DNA of 64,000 nucleotides from Marsupella aquatica (taxonomy: Eukaryota; Plantae; Marchantiophyta): contig OZ316898.1 in the NCBI GenBank assembly GCA_973895155.1, positions 21,290,022 to 21,354,021 of the forward strand, given 5' to 3'. The stretch's first letter is position 1. Each line of letters begins with the position of its first letter. Positions 25,614 to 39,470 of this stretch are shown here, piece after piece. The notes under the pieces are model-generated. The model had not been told where the DNA came from. It searched no databases and was given only the letters and a program-made list of their open reading frames with translations. A program made the translations under genes and the position numbers.

Positions 25614-26112
25614 TACTCACACTCTTTCCTCATTTTATAAAGGACAAAAGTTAAAGAAAAAAGGTGGATTTAGGGGGTGGAACTTGTACTGTAGTGTTTG
25701 ATGATGATGATTTGGTGGAGAATAGATGTGGAGGCGTGGAATGGGGGGGGGGGGGAAGTTAATTGTACACTCATTCACTTTGGCATGGTATGGTTAAGAA
25801 AAATGTGAGAGAAATATACATGCATCTATTTTGGCATGACATGAATGCATGGACAAATGCAATCTGACATTAGTTCTCACTTTTGTCCCACAAGTGTTCC
25901 CACATGCAAAGCATCTAGATGCTCCAATCATAAACATCCAATGGCTGAGAATTGAAGTGACACTTTTGTCTCACCTAACTGTTCACACAAGTGCTCACAC
26001 ATGATAAGAATCTAGATGGTCCAATTACATAGATCCAATGGTTAAGAATTTATGAGATGACGTGTATTCCCTGAATTTTCAGAATTACAAGAGTCTCTAA
26101 CTAGACCCGTAA
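25614..26112. repeat. Inverted copy of the 21286-21779 spacer; partial third copy at ~28670-28815
   Basis: Reverse-complement match, e.g. TTACGGGTCTAGTTAGAGACTC / GAGTCTCTAACTAGACCCGTAA. Confidence 0.85.
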
Positions 26113-26575
26113 AAAATGGCACACTGGGCACATGTCAAACATGATTTGCTTCCTTAATCATTTTACTATAGAGTAGTACTCGTGTAATTTAGTTGAGCCT
26201 CCGCGATAGACCCTCTCGGTCATGGGCCTGGTTGATGACTTGATGATGTCCTCGTTCATGACTGATGAGGATCCCTCGCGATTCAATGGGCTTGCGCCTG
26301 TACTGCATATGGTTCATTAACGACGTACTGAGCTAGTCGGCACCCATGGACCCACCATAACCAGTGGAATAGTGGATGCGTGATTCGGTGATTGTACACC
26401 TACCATTGCGGAGAACAACAACTTACTGTGAACCTTTCAAGACCTACTCTGAAATAGATGAATAGATGAATGTACAACACAATAATCCAGTAATTTTCCC
26501 TCTAAAACACTAGAATTATTGGAGGTTTATGCTTAATAAACCCCCTTTGGACTGTTTCTTGCTTAATCGACACCA

Positions 26576-26664
26576 TATGTTCCAATCTGCCCCAATCGAC
26601 CCCCTATGTTCAAATCTGCCCCAACCGACCCCCTATGTTCAAATCTGCCCCAATCGACCCCCCA
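26576..26664. repeat. 29-bp tandem repeat x3
   Basis: Unit ATGTTCAAATCTGCCCCAATCGACCCCCT. Confidence 0.8.
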
Positions 26665-27029
26665 AAGTATGTTTGTTACACAATCAACACCCTTTGATAG
26701 TTTATGGTTCATGACATGATAATGTGTATTGCAATTGCACTCTACCTGAACCTGTCCGTGGGTGCAAGCGACTTGACCAAACCGTCAAATGCTTCATTTA
26801 GAGTCGGTCTCGCCACGACGGGACGATCAAGGATTTCAAGAATTGATGTGAAGACAAAATGTGTTATGTCTTGAGATGTTCATTATTGAATTAGCCTCAT
26901 ATAACTTGGTCCAAATGTTCATTGTTTCACATTCTGTCATGATGACTTCTGTTTGTCATGAGGTTTTGGGGGAATCTATTGTATTGAGGATGCATGACCC
27001 GTACTGAGGATCCCTCTCTTGCTCCTGAA

Positions 27030-27400
27030 TCTTTCGTAAAGAATTATCCCTCGCTCCTTGATTCAATATCAAGTGATTTTTCTTCTCACTATCTACTCCT
27101 TCAAAGCATCCACTGGCTGAGTGCGTTGGTGAAAAGCAATGTGAGCACCGAGGTTGCTTATCAATAGTATCGAACTCGATATAACCTTCTCGATAGTGTC
27201 ACTAAGACGAAAGACAATAGTTGATGTCCACACTCGCGATTTAGTTTCCACTAACACAACAAACCGGTGCTTATCAACCCCATTACACATAAATCTTTGA
27301 GTCACTTTACCAATCTTCCGAATGAACAAAAAAGTCTTCCCCAACGGATAGGATCCCCCGAATAAGCCCTGCCACATTCAAAAATGTGAAACAAAATTTT
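27030..27400 (-). pseudogene. Degenerate LINE ORF1-like remnant with zinc knuckle
   Basis: An unlisted minus frame reads IEFDTIDKQPRCSHCFSPTHSASGC (CX2CX4HX4C, 27106-27147). Upstream frameshifted part IGKV...RFVVLVET. Confidence 0.5.
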
Positions 27401-30400
27401 CACATCCGCAACACCGAACACAGGAACTACAGTAAAATACCAACAAAGAGCACTATTCCTGAAAATAGGGAAAAACACTCAACCGTTCAGCTCTGCCAAT
27501 AAAAAATCCGCCAAAATTGGCTCGTCAACAAGACCTTGTTCCACAATAATTATTTTGATGAGACGCTTTTATTCGGTTTAGGGTGTGTGAATCAGTTTGG
27601 GGTTTGAAAAGTGTCCCGAAAGTAGAAAATACGCTAGGAACAACCCCGGTGGATGCACGCCGAAGGACAGCCACTCACACGACAGTAGCGTAGAGAAAAC
27701 CGGACAAAACATAAATAACATGAAAAATTGACAATCTGTGCTTCCCAGCAGTTCATTTCCTATCCCTATACTTGTGCGTCACACTTTCCGACAAGGTGGA
27801 TTCAAACGTCGTGGGAGGATATGCATTCGGATCAATGTGTCCTACAAAAATCGGATACCAAACTGATAGTCCGGATGACGTCGTTCAGTTTCTTTGGGGT
27901 ACATATGTGATGTGATGAAATTTCTTCATGTCATCATTTGGGCATGGCAGTCATTGGGGAGGTAGCTCACACATTGTTTTCGGCAGATCCTAAACTGAAA
28001 CACCTAACTCCAAACATGAAACTTCCGAACACATCGTGCATGCCATAAACTGTGCTAAATGCTGGACTGGCCAATAACCTGGCCGATAACCTGTGATTGT
28101 GGACCGTTACAAAAAGATGGATTGCTCTCTGCTTTCATTCAGTTTAGGGTGTGTGAATCACATCAGTTCTGAAGACTGTCCGAAAAGTAAAAAATGTGCC
28201 AGAAAAAACCCGTGTGGCCATGTTTTGTAGGTCGAGGACGGATACGGTGGTGGTGGGTGTAGCCATCGCCGGGCTGCGGGATGGGAAATTGGTCCCCGGG
28301 GGGCTCAGAGCGTCCGAGTTGGAGCTCATCCGTGTCTGAGCTCACCTCAGCTGTGTTCACCTCCGCAACCACACGGCACTGAGGTGCGGATGCTATGATC
28401 CGCGTCCAAGGTTCAGGCCCAAACCTCGGTCCCTGGGAGATGGTGCTTGAACTCCTCGCCACTAATAATGGATTTGGGGTGGAGCAAAGCCCTCCATCGC
28501 AATAGAGGCTCCAATACCTCGCCTCTTGGGAGACCCCGTGAGCCTCCCTGATGCTTTGTGAGCCTCCCTGTTGGCTATCCCAATTAATTATTTTGTCACG
28601 GTGCTCTTCTGTTGCTTGCAAGTTGAGTTCTGTGTTGACCAGGCGGGGAATGTCATCGAAAGATTCCCGATGATGATGATTTGGTGGAGAATAGATGTGG
28701 AGGCGTGGAATGGGGGGAAGGTACACTCATTCACTTTGGCATGGTATTGTTGAGAAAAATGGGAGACATACATCTATTTTGGCATGACATGAATGCAAGG
28801 ACATTAGTTCTCATTTTTGAATAGGTTAGAACAGTCGAGCATTGGAATGTACTCAAAAATTCAGTGTCATCCTCAAAACTCAACCGGAACCCAAACATGG
28901 GGCTGGCCTGAAACTGAGATGGGACCCAAAAATGGGGAGATCATTCCGGTGGGATGCGGGGGAAAATCCAGGTCCATATTTGAAAGACAAAGCAGGGAAG
29001 CGTCTCCCTGAATAAGTCAAGTGACGAAGATTCGCGACTACTACTGCTGTAGATCATAGCCCATTAGCACTGGACGGCTGGACCCTGTTCGCGGTTTTTT
29101 AACTACTGACACGTACAGTGCGTAGTAAAGGGGCGTCCAACTGTGCAATAATGATAGCAACACAGCCGGAATCGGCACAATAACTATGACTATTCCACAT
29201 TATTATTAGCACGCCCAAGCTTGTCGTCTGGATTACGCGGGCTGGATTGCATTTCCCTGTCAACGTAAATGCACCGTGCTCATACACCCACCACCGTCCA
29301 CCCTGAACGGGACGTATACAGTGGGTACCCACTGTATACCATAAAGTGACCAGGGGTATCCCTTTTACGGGATATAAACGTTTAGCCGTTTAGGGTATGT
29401 GGGGAGACCTACATATATACAGGAGACTTTGTATCCCATAAAGGCATAAACCCAGGTATTTTAGTTGTTCCTTAAGGAAGGAAACACTGATTAAACAGAC
29501 TTTAGCAAGACCAAAATGCATCGTGACCGTCTGTTCAGATCTGAAGTTGTAACTTGCACGGCGCATACCCCGAGGAAAAAAGCTTAAAGACCGTATGTAT
29601 ACATACAATCTATTTTTAATGAAATATAATCAAGGCCAAAAAGGCTAACGTGGCAGCAGCCTAAAGCACCTAAATATGGAAGATAACATTGACGACCTTA
29701 ACGGACCTCTAACCTGTATACCTGGGCTACTGGTAGAGGGAAAGAATGGGGCGCCTCAGATGCCGGGTTCAAAACTCGCCCCAAGCTTTTGAATACACAA
29801 CCTCCCCAAAAGTGGGGTTCGGAGGACCCTCTGATTACACATATAGCTTTTTTTTGGTTCCAGCAGAATTTACACACGTGATCCCCAAAAGAATGGGGTC
29901 TAGGCGCCTCTAGTGACACTCAGTACTTTTTTTGATTCCAGATGCAAACCGGCTGTAGAGGTTACGGGTCAATAATCACTTACTCCAAAGGAGCTACAGA
30001 ACACGTTACTTGTACAAGTAAATTGGAAACCCTCATCCTCATCACCTGACATACTATTCATCCCCATCACACACGCACTGCACTCTATTCATCATAATAT
30101 ATTCGTCTAGTCATAACCAACGCGCAAAATAACATCTCATTAATGTATGGCAAATGAAAACAAAGACTGAGGTTTTTATTTCCAAACCATATTCGAATCA
30201 TAGAGGCAACGGGAAAATTGCCTGATTCTTGCGAGTACATACATCATTCTACAAAAAGAAGTGACCTACATGGTCGAGAAGTTGCACAATTACAAAAGTG
30301 TAGGACTCACTGGTATAGCACTCTGACGTCCCACAAGGAGTATGTGTGGAAAGCGTGATCCGGAAGGACACACCGAGGAAAACTAAACTCTCATAACTAT

Positions 30401-30514
30401 GAGGAATGAACTACATAAGTACAGTACAGTCATATAAAACTACATGAAAATTTGTTTGGATGCAAAAAAATGTTGAATTCGAGTAAAAACCAGAGCATGA
30501 AGATTGCCATGGAA

Positions 30515-32891
30515 CTACACCGCATCAGCATCGAATCCAACAACAGCGGTGCCTGACTCAAAGGTATCGAACGGAGGGGAAGCAAACGAGTTTTTGACCA
30601 GGCATTTCTCCACCAAGCCACGGATGGCAGGATCGTGAGCAGCAAACGGTAAGGAGCAAATCTGCCTCAACCGGTTCAGATCTGGCAACTCATTTTCTAT
30701 GAACATCCGATGTACTCGAGCAGCTTCCATCCAGATTCGGATCAAATCAATGCGTGAACAGGAATGATAATGATAAGAGGGGTAAGTTGTGCAAAATTTA
30801 TGTTCGTCCTTCCAAGTATCGACAAAAGGGCTAAGGGACTCCATAGTGTTCCTGTAGTGCTCGCAGTGTGCTAGCCTGCGTTGAGCAGCAATTGTACCCC
30901 ATATGGTATGCTTCTCCGTAGCAGACAGCTGAGGTGAAACCGAATGCACAGGGCCAGTAGGAATGACGACAGTAGCCTGGGCATTGGTCTGCTCCAAGAA
31001 TTCAACAATGAATTGCAGCGAGTACAAAGGCAAGTTGCCAAAGTAGGCAAAGGCAGCCTCAACCTTTACCACGGACAGATCACCGTACAACAACATAAAA
31101 GCGAGTAGAGGTCGATATTGTTTACACAATGCATGTCCAGTATCTCTCCAGATCGCAATGCTTGAGGGTGACCGAACCACCGGGAACAATGTTGAGCACC
31201 ACAAAAATCTCTAAAACACGATGGTAATAGTAGCGCCAAAACTCCAAGATCGGCATCTCAAATCGGGAAGCTTCTTGCCTGAACAAAGTGAACTTCCGCC
31301 TAAAATTCTCATCCTCCTCCTTCAATGACACACTCGCGGCCGGAAGCTTCGAAAGCTCAGCAGCAGGTGCTAGGGATGCACAGACAGAGGTAGTAGGTGA
31401 TGGTACGGAAGGTGGGCCTGTAGACATTTTTGCTGTAGACTCACATTGTGATCGGGATGAAGTAGCAGCAATCACAGCAGCAGAAAGAAAATCCAACTTC
31501 CGCTTCTTACCTAGTAGCACATCTGAATCTCCTCTCGGATCCGTACGCATGAAGTCCTTGTGCAGGTCACTCATGGCACCATAATGAACTTGAACTATAG
31601 ATGCAAAGCTGGTAGCGCATCTAAGGACTCTATCGGCTACATTGTGATCGAGCTGCATGAGTGCTTCATCAAACAACTTTGCTTTCATCAGGTCAATCGC
31701 CGGAACATCCAACAGAGGTCGCAGCTTATCTAGAGCCCGATCTAGAGTAAAAGAAACATGAGAATTCCTGGCAGTAGCACATCGTAATTTCTCTTGGAGA
31801 TCGAGGTCCTCTGCGGACAAAGCTTCCACACGAATCTGGAATTTCTCTTGGAGATCGAATTTCTCGGCAGTCAGAGTTCCCACACGTATCAGAGCATCCG
31901 ATCTGTCCTTATCTATCTTGGTAAACTCTTCAACGGAAATGAAAGAAAATTCCTGAAACTTGCTGAGCAATTGATCCGGTGGACAGCCGATGAAGCTAGT
32001 TAATTCAGACAGAATTTTTGACTGGGTCGTAGAGATTTTAGACAGCGCTTCACTTTCCTTTAGAAAGACAGCCCATCGGGGATTTTCCTGGTTCACCTCG
32101 ACTTTCGCCTTGTCCTCCGATTCACCAGGCTCGTCTTCGCTTGATTCGCCTTCCGATTCGGGCGTGGTATCCGCATCGGGATCCTTCTCTCCATTCTCCA
32201 GGTAGGCAAGATGAAGCTTCCACTCAATCAACTCGGGTGCTGTCAAACATTTCTTGTGCGCATACACATGGGAAAGGTAAACAGCAATCCAAGTGAAGGA
32301 ACCAGACCTCATTGACAACATCTGCGTCTTGATCACGGCGCAGAGCACATTCGCCCAGTTGATCACCTTCAGTCCCTTCCAGGAAGCGATGATGGTGCTG
32401 GCCAGAGCTACGGGTGCTCTATTATGACGTTCCGGATTTAAAATAGGAACCAGAAATTCCAGCAAAGGTAGGAGGTTCAATGTATCAGCACATTGTTCCA
32501 GATTCCAACCGATACGTACATTTTTCTTTCGTGCGAAGTAAGGTCCAGTCAAATCAATGCATCTCAACATACCTTCTCCTTTCGACTTCAAATCATAGAC
32601 CTCAGCAATGAGATTTTCAGTCCACTGATCAGGGTTTCCACGAATTGTTGTACCTTTGGATTCTCTTCCCATGCCTCGCATCCACACTTCCTCCATGATA
32701 GCGCTCGACTTCATGCCCCATGGCACACGAATCAAATTCACAAGGCCCATCGTGGTTAAATTTGCTCGCAACCGATCCATGGCTGCCTCTGCATGAGGTA
32801 TGCTGGCGTAGATGATTCGGCATGACGGTGGTGGTTCTTGTCTCATCTTCTTACTCGGAGCAACAGTCACCTTTTTGTTTCTGTCCATCAC
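30515..32891 (-). pseudogene. Stand-alone homologue of the family B LTR-borne ORF (frameshift near 31150)
   Basis: Shared blocks with 48693-51089: TIRG.P..WT, DL..PYF, GWN..QC, LLEFLVPIL.P, PVALA.TI, NWA, EFWRYYY, RP.LA.MLL.GD, AYFGN. Confidence 0.85.
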
Positions 32892-33726
32892 AATTTTGCA
32901 GCTCCAACGACAACCGATTACGATTGGTCGTGTACGAAGGAAGTACTGATGGTCTATGCCCTGACCTATGCATTGACTGTGTTCCTTCCTTCTGCATGTA
33001 GATGAGTATGCTCGAACCTCAGGATTGAATTTTGGCGGCTGCCTGCTCAGATGTGTATGGCGACGATTCTCTTTCCAGGTATTTGTGATCCAGAGATACG
33101 AATCATCCCGGGCGGCAGATATGGTGGCCGCTACGGATACAATAATGTTACAGGCTGGAAAGTCTGTGGGGGCTTTTATACCCCGATGCGTGGTTTAAAT
33201 GTGCCTCGGTTCTCCCCCCAGCCTAAACCCCAGCCTACCGGATTCACCGGAATGTTGCCTAAACCTAAACCCTAAACCCTAAACATTTTGGCTTACTCGA
33301 GCCTCTTCTTTCAGGGCAGACTTTCCCACACTCGCCGCCCCTGACCGACTGTGAATTACTGGGTTTCACTTGTATTTCACTTTTAGTTTTGAAATACAGT
33401 TCACGGTGTCACTGGGGACAAGATTGAACCTAAACTTGCTTGTAGACTGCTTGTAGACTGCAGATGACATCGAGAATGTGTGCTTTGATTTGATCTTTGC
33501 CGCTGTGTGTAAACAGACTTAAAAGGCAAATTACATACAGGTATACACCCCACCTCCTGACAAGACCCTGACAAGATCCTGACAAGACCGTACAAATTTC
33601 CCCCAGGATCCTTATCAGCGACTCGACAGGGCTTTGTCTCTCCAAATCATCGCAACAGGCCACCGTCATCGCCCTATTATCTCTACGTTTAATGTCTCTA
33701 GCCCCAACTACCCTCTTTACAGTATT

Positions 33727-33798
33727 TAGTCTCACACACTCTAATTAATGTGAGGTTATATTTGAGGTAAGTCATGGTAATTAGAGTGTGTGACACTA
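33727..33798. repeat. Small hairpin, 21-bp arms with 1 mismatch
   Basis: TAGTCTCACACACTCTAATTA ... TAATTAGAGTGTGTGACACTA. Confidence 0.75.
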
Positions 33799-35568
33799 AT
33801 TCTGGTCAGAAGTCAAATAGTGTCACATACACTTAAGTTAAAAAATAGAATGGACAATTCTATTCAAAATTTGCTTATAAAAGATTTAAAAACTATGCAC
33901 AATATTTAATTGCACTTTACAAAATTTACTACTCAAACATTGAGAAAACTTCAGAAACTTATAATTCCTTTCATATATTACTCAAACATTGAGCAAACTT
34001 CAAAATTTTATAATTTCTTCTCACATAACACAAAATTGTAGTTGGGGTATTCAACCACAGTGAACAAACAAGAGTTGTTTGATTCACTTCTATCAACTAC
34101 AAATAACACATGTTAACTCACATAAGCTACAAACTAACATCATTTTACTCTCTTATAACCTGTCCCTTATGTCTCATCCTTGAGACGGCATAAAGCCCCA
34201 AGAGAAGTGGGTTGAGCTGGCTCTTCACCTGGTTCACCAACATCAGGAGCCACTTCAACAGTAGCATCAATGTCAAGGCCAACTTGACTCCCTTCAAAAT
34301 TCACTCGATACTTCGCTATGCTATTCTGAAGCTCAGGTGTAAGTTGATTTTCAGAGTATACACAATTTGACATTTAGAGACAAATAGATGTTTATCATTA
34401 AATTTTGATGTATATATTCCAAAAATTCTTCCTTTCAAACCAGCTATGTATGAGCACGACCACAGAGTACAGCGGGCTCTATTTTTGATAGATTGGTTTT
34501 GTAGTAGGTAGCATTGGTGCAATATGCGCTACACTGTAAAGCTTTAGGATTTAGGCTTTAGGGTTTAGGAAAGAATGGAGGGAGTTGGCTTGTAGGGCGT
34601 GCTTTTCCCGACTATCGAGTTGGTTTTTACAATCTATGTATGACAGCGGAACTGCAGTAAGCCTCTGTATTGTTCAATGCAAAGCCTTCTCATCGGACGT
34701 CTTATAGCCATTCCAAACCCGACGACAAGAATACACCGGATTGGGTTCCGTTGAGTCAGCAGAGGCCATACTAGCAGTGCAACTGCTTCAGAAGGTAACT
34801 GAATTCATTCACCGATGTGGTAAGTGAAATAACTTGCAGCCAAAGTTAGCTCGAGTCTCAGCCGGTTAAGTACTGTTGTGTTGTGACCAGTTTTGTGTAG
34901 TCAGCTTGGCACTACAGATGGATACCAATCGAACGAACCTGAACTCACTCTGTTCCATCCACGGTCCAGAGCTACCAAATTGGCCATTGGAGACCCAATT
35001 TCAATTTGGCCACCTCTCGAACCCTAAACGAACCATCAAAACAATGACATATATTCGTTGTGACCACACACCGTGGCAACCTTCCTTCCATTTCCCCAAG
35101 CATGATAAACAAGGGGACCTCTGTTGAACATTCAATTGGGGCTGAAGAGTCTCTTCAACCAACCAACCATAAAGTCAATATGATAATGATACATCTCATT
35201 TTGTTTGACCGAAACCCAATTTTGGGAATGCTCGGCCCTCTCGTAAATATGAGGAACGTCACCGTAACCAGCTGAGTGTATCTAGAGGACAACGGTAATG
35301 TACACCCTAAAATCTCACAAATAGTGTCAGATCAAAGCTTCTCTCATAAGTCTTGGAAGAAATACAAAAAAACTTAAAAGACACATTGCTTTCAAATATG
35401 ACCCTCTAATTTGCCGCACTCGATGTCCGGCTTCAGCGGAAGTCAGCCCTGAAAACGTCCGCCACCTCGAGACCAGCGACACAATAATGGGGCAAAACAT
35501 AGTTGGATAAAAAGTGATTCGAGCAATTCGCCAAAATCATTCCGGCACCCGAACAAACGATACGAGTT

Positions 35569-37266
35569 TTGGAAATTAACTATGGTTTTGCAAAGGTGTC
35601 CTTCCGTTCGTATCATGTCGAGCAGAAAGAGGTCTTGCGCGGAGACTACTTGAAACACTGCATTTATCGATGGCTCGAAACCGTTACAATAGCGGCAGAG
35701 GCCAACATTCGGAACTCGCGAACGGACACAGCTTACATTACTCAATTTGAGAGCATCTTCCGGCATGCCAAATACCTGGGTATGGTCCGAATGGGTTGCG
35801 ATCTGACCTTGGCAGAGGCTGCATATTATCATCAAAATATACGATCAGTCTATGGTGATGCGGCGTCACTGTGCATCGAGTACGATAGGACACCGCTTAT
35901 TAGGGTGCTCAACCAAGAATTGGCCAACATGTTTGGGATTCCAGGTTTAGTTCCATCGCAGCTCCCGACAAGAGTGAAGTGCACAACTTACACTCCACGG
36001 CAGATTATTGGCTTTTTGAGGTCAGACCGTGACTTGAGATCCTCGATCCGTGCTGGGAAGATCCAATACGGGACGGTGACAAATCTGGAGGTCCGCAAGT
36101 AGATAGAGTTTTTCACCAAATGGGTGATGATAAAATCTGGTTACCATCATGGGACCATTGACCATATCATGATCGCCGCTCGAGTGCTCCAAGGCGAGCT
36201 CCACCCGTTGCAAGTGTGGAAGGCGGAGTTGCTTCAGAAACTCGGGTCCAAATCGGTTTCGCCTTATCCCTCACTTCTTGCTTACATCATTTGTGGGGTG
36301 CTAAACAAAAGATTGGTGAACCCGATCAGGGATGCCACCGCCATCCCTGATGTTGCACCGCAAAATTGCCAATGGCATAGGAGTCACCGGCAAAACATTG
36401 CTTACAGTCATGCAGTCAGGGAAAACCGGGGAACCAGTGAATCCACCTTACAACATGGGACTGCAGCTAATCCGGAACAGGAAGAAGCACGCGCTGACAA
36501 TTCAGAAGGCGAAGAAGATCGTGGAGAAGAAGCCACTCTACTGGGAGCATACATTTTGCACAACTTCAGGGCGAGCAACCACGCCTTGCAATCCTCCACG
36601 GTGGAAGGCGGTTCGGAGGACGGACGGTTGGGCGTGCATGTACAGAAACTGGAATCAGTAGATGCATCTCGATTGAAAGGTTTCGAACAGAGGGTAGCCG
36701 TCACTTCGGTAAACGAGGCAACAAAGTTTGCAGAGAGCCCCAGCCGGAACATGGGATTTCATCAGGACGCCACAGGGTCATTGCACAAATTATCCAAAGA
36801 TACATTATTACACAAGGGAACGGTACAGAGCTTGACAATCGACGGCACGGCTTTGGAACAGAGGTCAGACAAATTGGGGTCGTGTGAGCCTAGAATATGT
36901 AAGCAACTAGACGTACTGAAAGAGGAAAATGCTAGGCTCCAGCGAGAGATACAGGACGAACGGAGCCAATGCCAAAAAGTAGAAGAAGAAGTACAGGGAC
37001 TGAAGAAGCAGCTCGAAATGGATTTACAACTCCTTGACGACCTCACCCGACGTTTGCAAGAGGCAGGGAATCCCAAATTTGAGGCTAAGGAGTCCTTAAT
37101 CATAGAAGCTTCGAAGGAAAGGGAAAAAGCCATGGAATTTTATCTTCACGAGGCACTGCACAACATTGCTGGATTTGACTTGTCCACATTAAATCCATTT
37201 TCAAGAGCAGCTTATCGAGTAAAGATGGCCCTGTTTCAAGAAGAAACCGAAAAGCTGCCAAGCTAA
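35569..37266 (+). pseudogene. Plant-transposon-protein-like ORF with C-terminal coiled coil, one in-frame TAG (36100-36102)
   Basis: 35569-36102 and 36124-37266 share a frame. LANMFGIP and PYPSLLAYII resemble the accessory-ORF pattern; heptad-rich C-terminus. Family assignment is tentative. Confidence 0.5.
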
Positions 37267-39470
37267 TACAACATATGGGGCAGGAAAATCAACAACTTCG
37301 ACTGGCAAATGAGACCAATCTCCGTTACCGTTTGGATCAGGTGAGACCTGTATGCATCATCAATTCAATTACCATAAAACTGAACCCTAAAAACAACCAC
37401 TGTAGACATGGCGTAACTGATGTGACTTTTTCAGTTTCCGGGGCTATATTGTCCACCCACCTCCTGCAAAGCAGAGAGGGAGGGGGAATCAGCAGCACCC
37501 ACCAAAATTGGATACACGATCATGGCATGACTTCCCTATGCGGCCGAGGTTTACATTACCAATGTTTGTATGTATGGTCAGACACAGCTTTCTTTCAGGA
37601 TAAACAAAGAAAATTCAAATACGCTCCGAGATTCAATAGTGTGCATCCAAGTGAGTATAGACCCTCCATTCCCAGATGCAAAATTGAGTGTCAATTGCCC
37701 TAATGATGCAGGTATTGAATCGAAACACTCACGCCGCGCCACGTCACAACTCAACACAGGTGACGACTTAGGGATGTCTTGCGACTGTTGAATATCCAAA
37801 GGAGGGGAGTGCTCATCCACGATGATAAATAATTCAACAGCCAGGTGCTACTGTTGACGATTTAGAATTGGGGATTGGGTGGTATCTTCCAATATGCCAT
37901 ATCAGAAGTGCCGTGACACTAATACACAACCAAGCGGTGCTCCATAGAAAGTAGTAATGGCCTGCAATAATCGCGTTCCCGCTCGAATTGTGTTGTTTTT
38001 GAAATCCTACAAGCACAAGCAGAGGATTCAACTTCAATATAATGACCTCGTTACATTAGTTCAGAACAAAATTTATTCCTCCCTCAACATTCATTCCCAA
38101 TTTGCCTTCAATAAAGTGACCGTTACATGTCAATGCTAATTACCAGTAAGCGAATTTATAGTGAAATTCTTTTACATCGCGTCACAGAATTCTGAACCAA
38201 AGACGAACCAGATATGCAATTCCACACAAACAACTCATCGGGCCTATTGCAGAATTAAAATTGGAGAATGCTAAAATTAAGTTGCGTCTTCCCCCCTGCA
38301 CTGTCCAAGAAATATTCTATCCGAATGTCTAAACCCTGAAGCCGCGCTTTTCTCCTGCTAAAGAATCGACTGACAACAAGCCCGAAGGTTTCTTACTCTA
38401 CACCACCACTAATTGGTCTCATCTCGGAATTAATGTTGGTAAATCCTAATTTAAGAGTGGGGCAGGTATGAATAGGAAAAATAACACTAAATGTCTTTTG
38501 TATCTGTTGCCTGTATGAGGTACAGGACCTTGTCTACAAAGCAGCCCATAAGCAGCCCATGATCTACTCGATTTTAGCCATTCACTACAAGCATTTCGCA
38601 CACACCATTAAAAAAACATTCCCACCACTCACTCTCCAACAATTATTCACGCAAATCCCTTCACAACACGAATTGGTCAATTCAACATTCAAGTCATGGA
38701 GTTTGGTACAGCTTACGACTTACACCCCTATTGTACATCTTCCATCGTTTGATTGTCTACGAGGCTCAACTCTTTAAACTGCAAGTGCCTTCAAGCGTCC
38801 GGCGGTACGTTTCGACACATCCAACCTGTCACCAAAACTGGAACAACCTGAGTATACCCAGATGCATACCACGAACAGGCAAGTCTAACATTGGGACCGG
38901 TCCTCTATAGCAACATGTGTGTATACCCTAAACCCACTCACGGGCGTAGTGTATATAATCTACCCCAGTCACGGCGTAGTCCGCTCACATCCCAAATTAT
39001 TGCACTGCTGCGTTTTCTCATAGGGTTTCGGGGTTGGGTCGACATACCATGATCTTTGTGGGATAACGTTCGGAATATGTAGCCTGGCTAGACACAAATC
39101 TGCTTTTTCCCCTCGCCTAAAATGCGCGTTCATCGCAATTCAATCTTCATTTTCATTCCGCATTTCAACACTCAGCTCCCTAGCTACTTCTTCTACTACT
39201 CGGGTCGTCTTCATTGACCATACCGTGTACATCCTTTGATGCTATAATTACATAACGCCCATTGCCTCTCCTCTCTCAAACCCCTCTGTTTCTCCCTTGC
39301 AAATTTGAAAGTTTTGCACCCTAAACCCTAAATATTTTTTACCACTTCTGTACCTCTTACTTTGCTCCATCCTACCTTACCCAGACAAGCAATTTCCTGT
39401 ACCAGCCTCCCTTCTGATTCCAACTCCCTCATTGTTTGTCCTCTTACACTCCTGGGCTTATGCTGCTATG

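Noticed and set aside
29954-33721. Solo-LTR boundaries around the 30515-32891 ORF
   Set aside because: Candidate TG/CA ends had no matching TSD.
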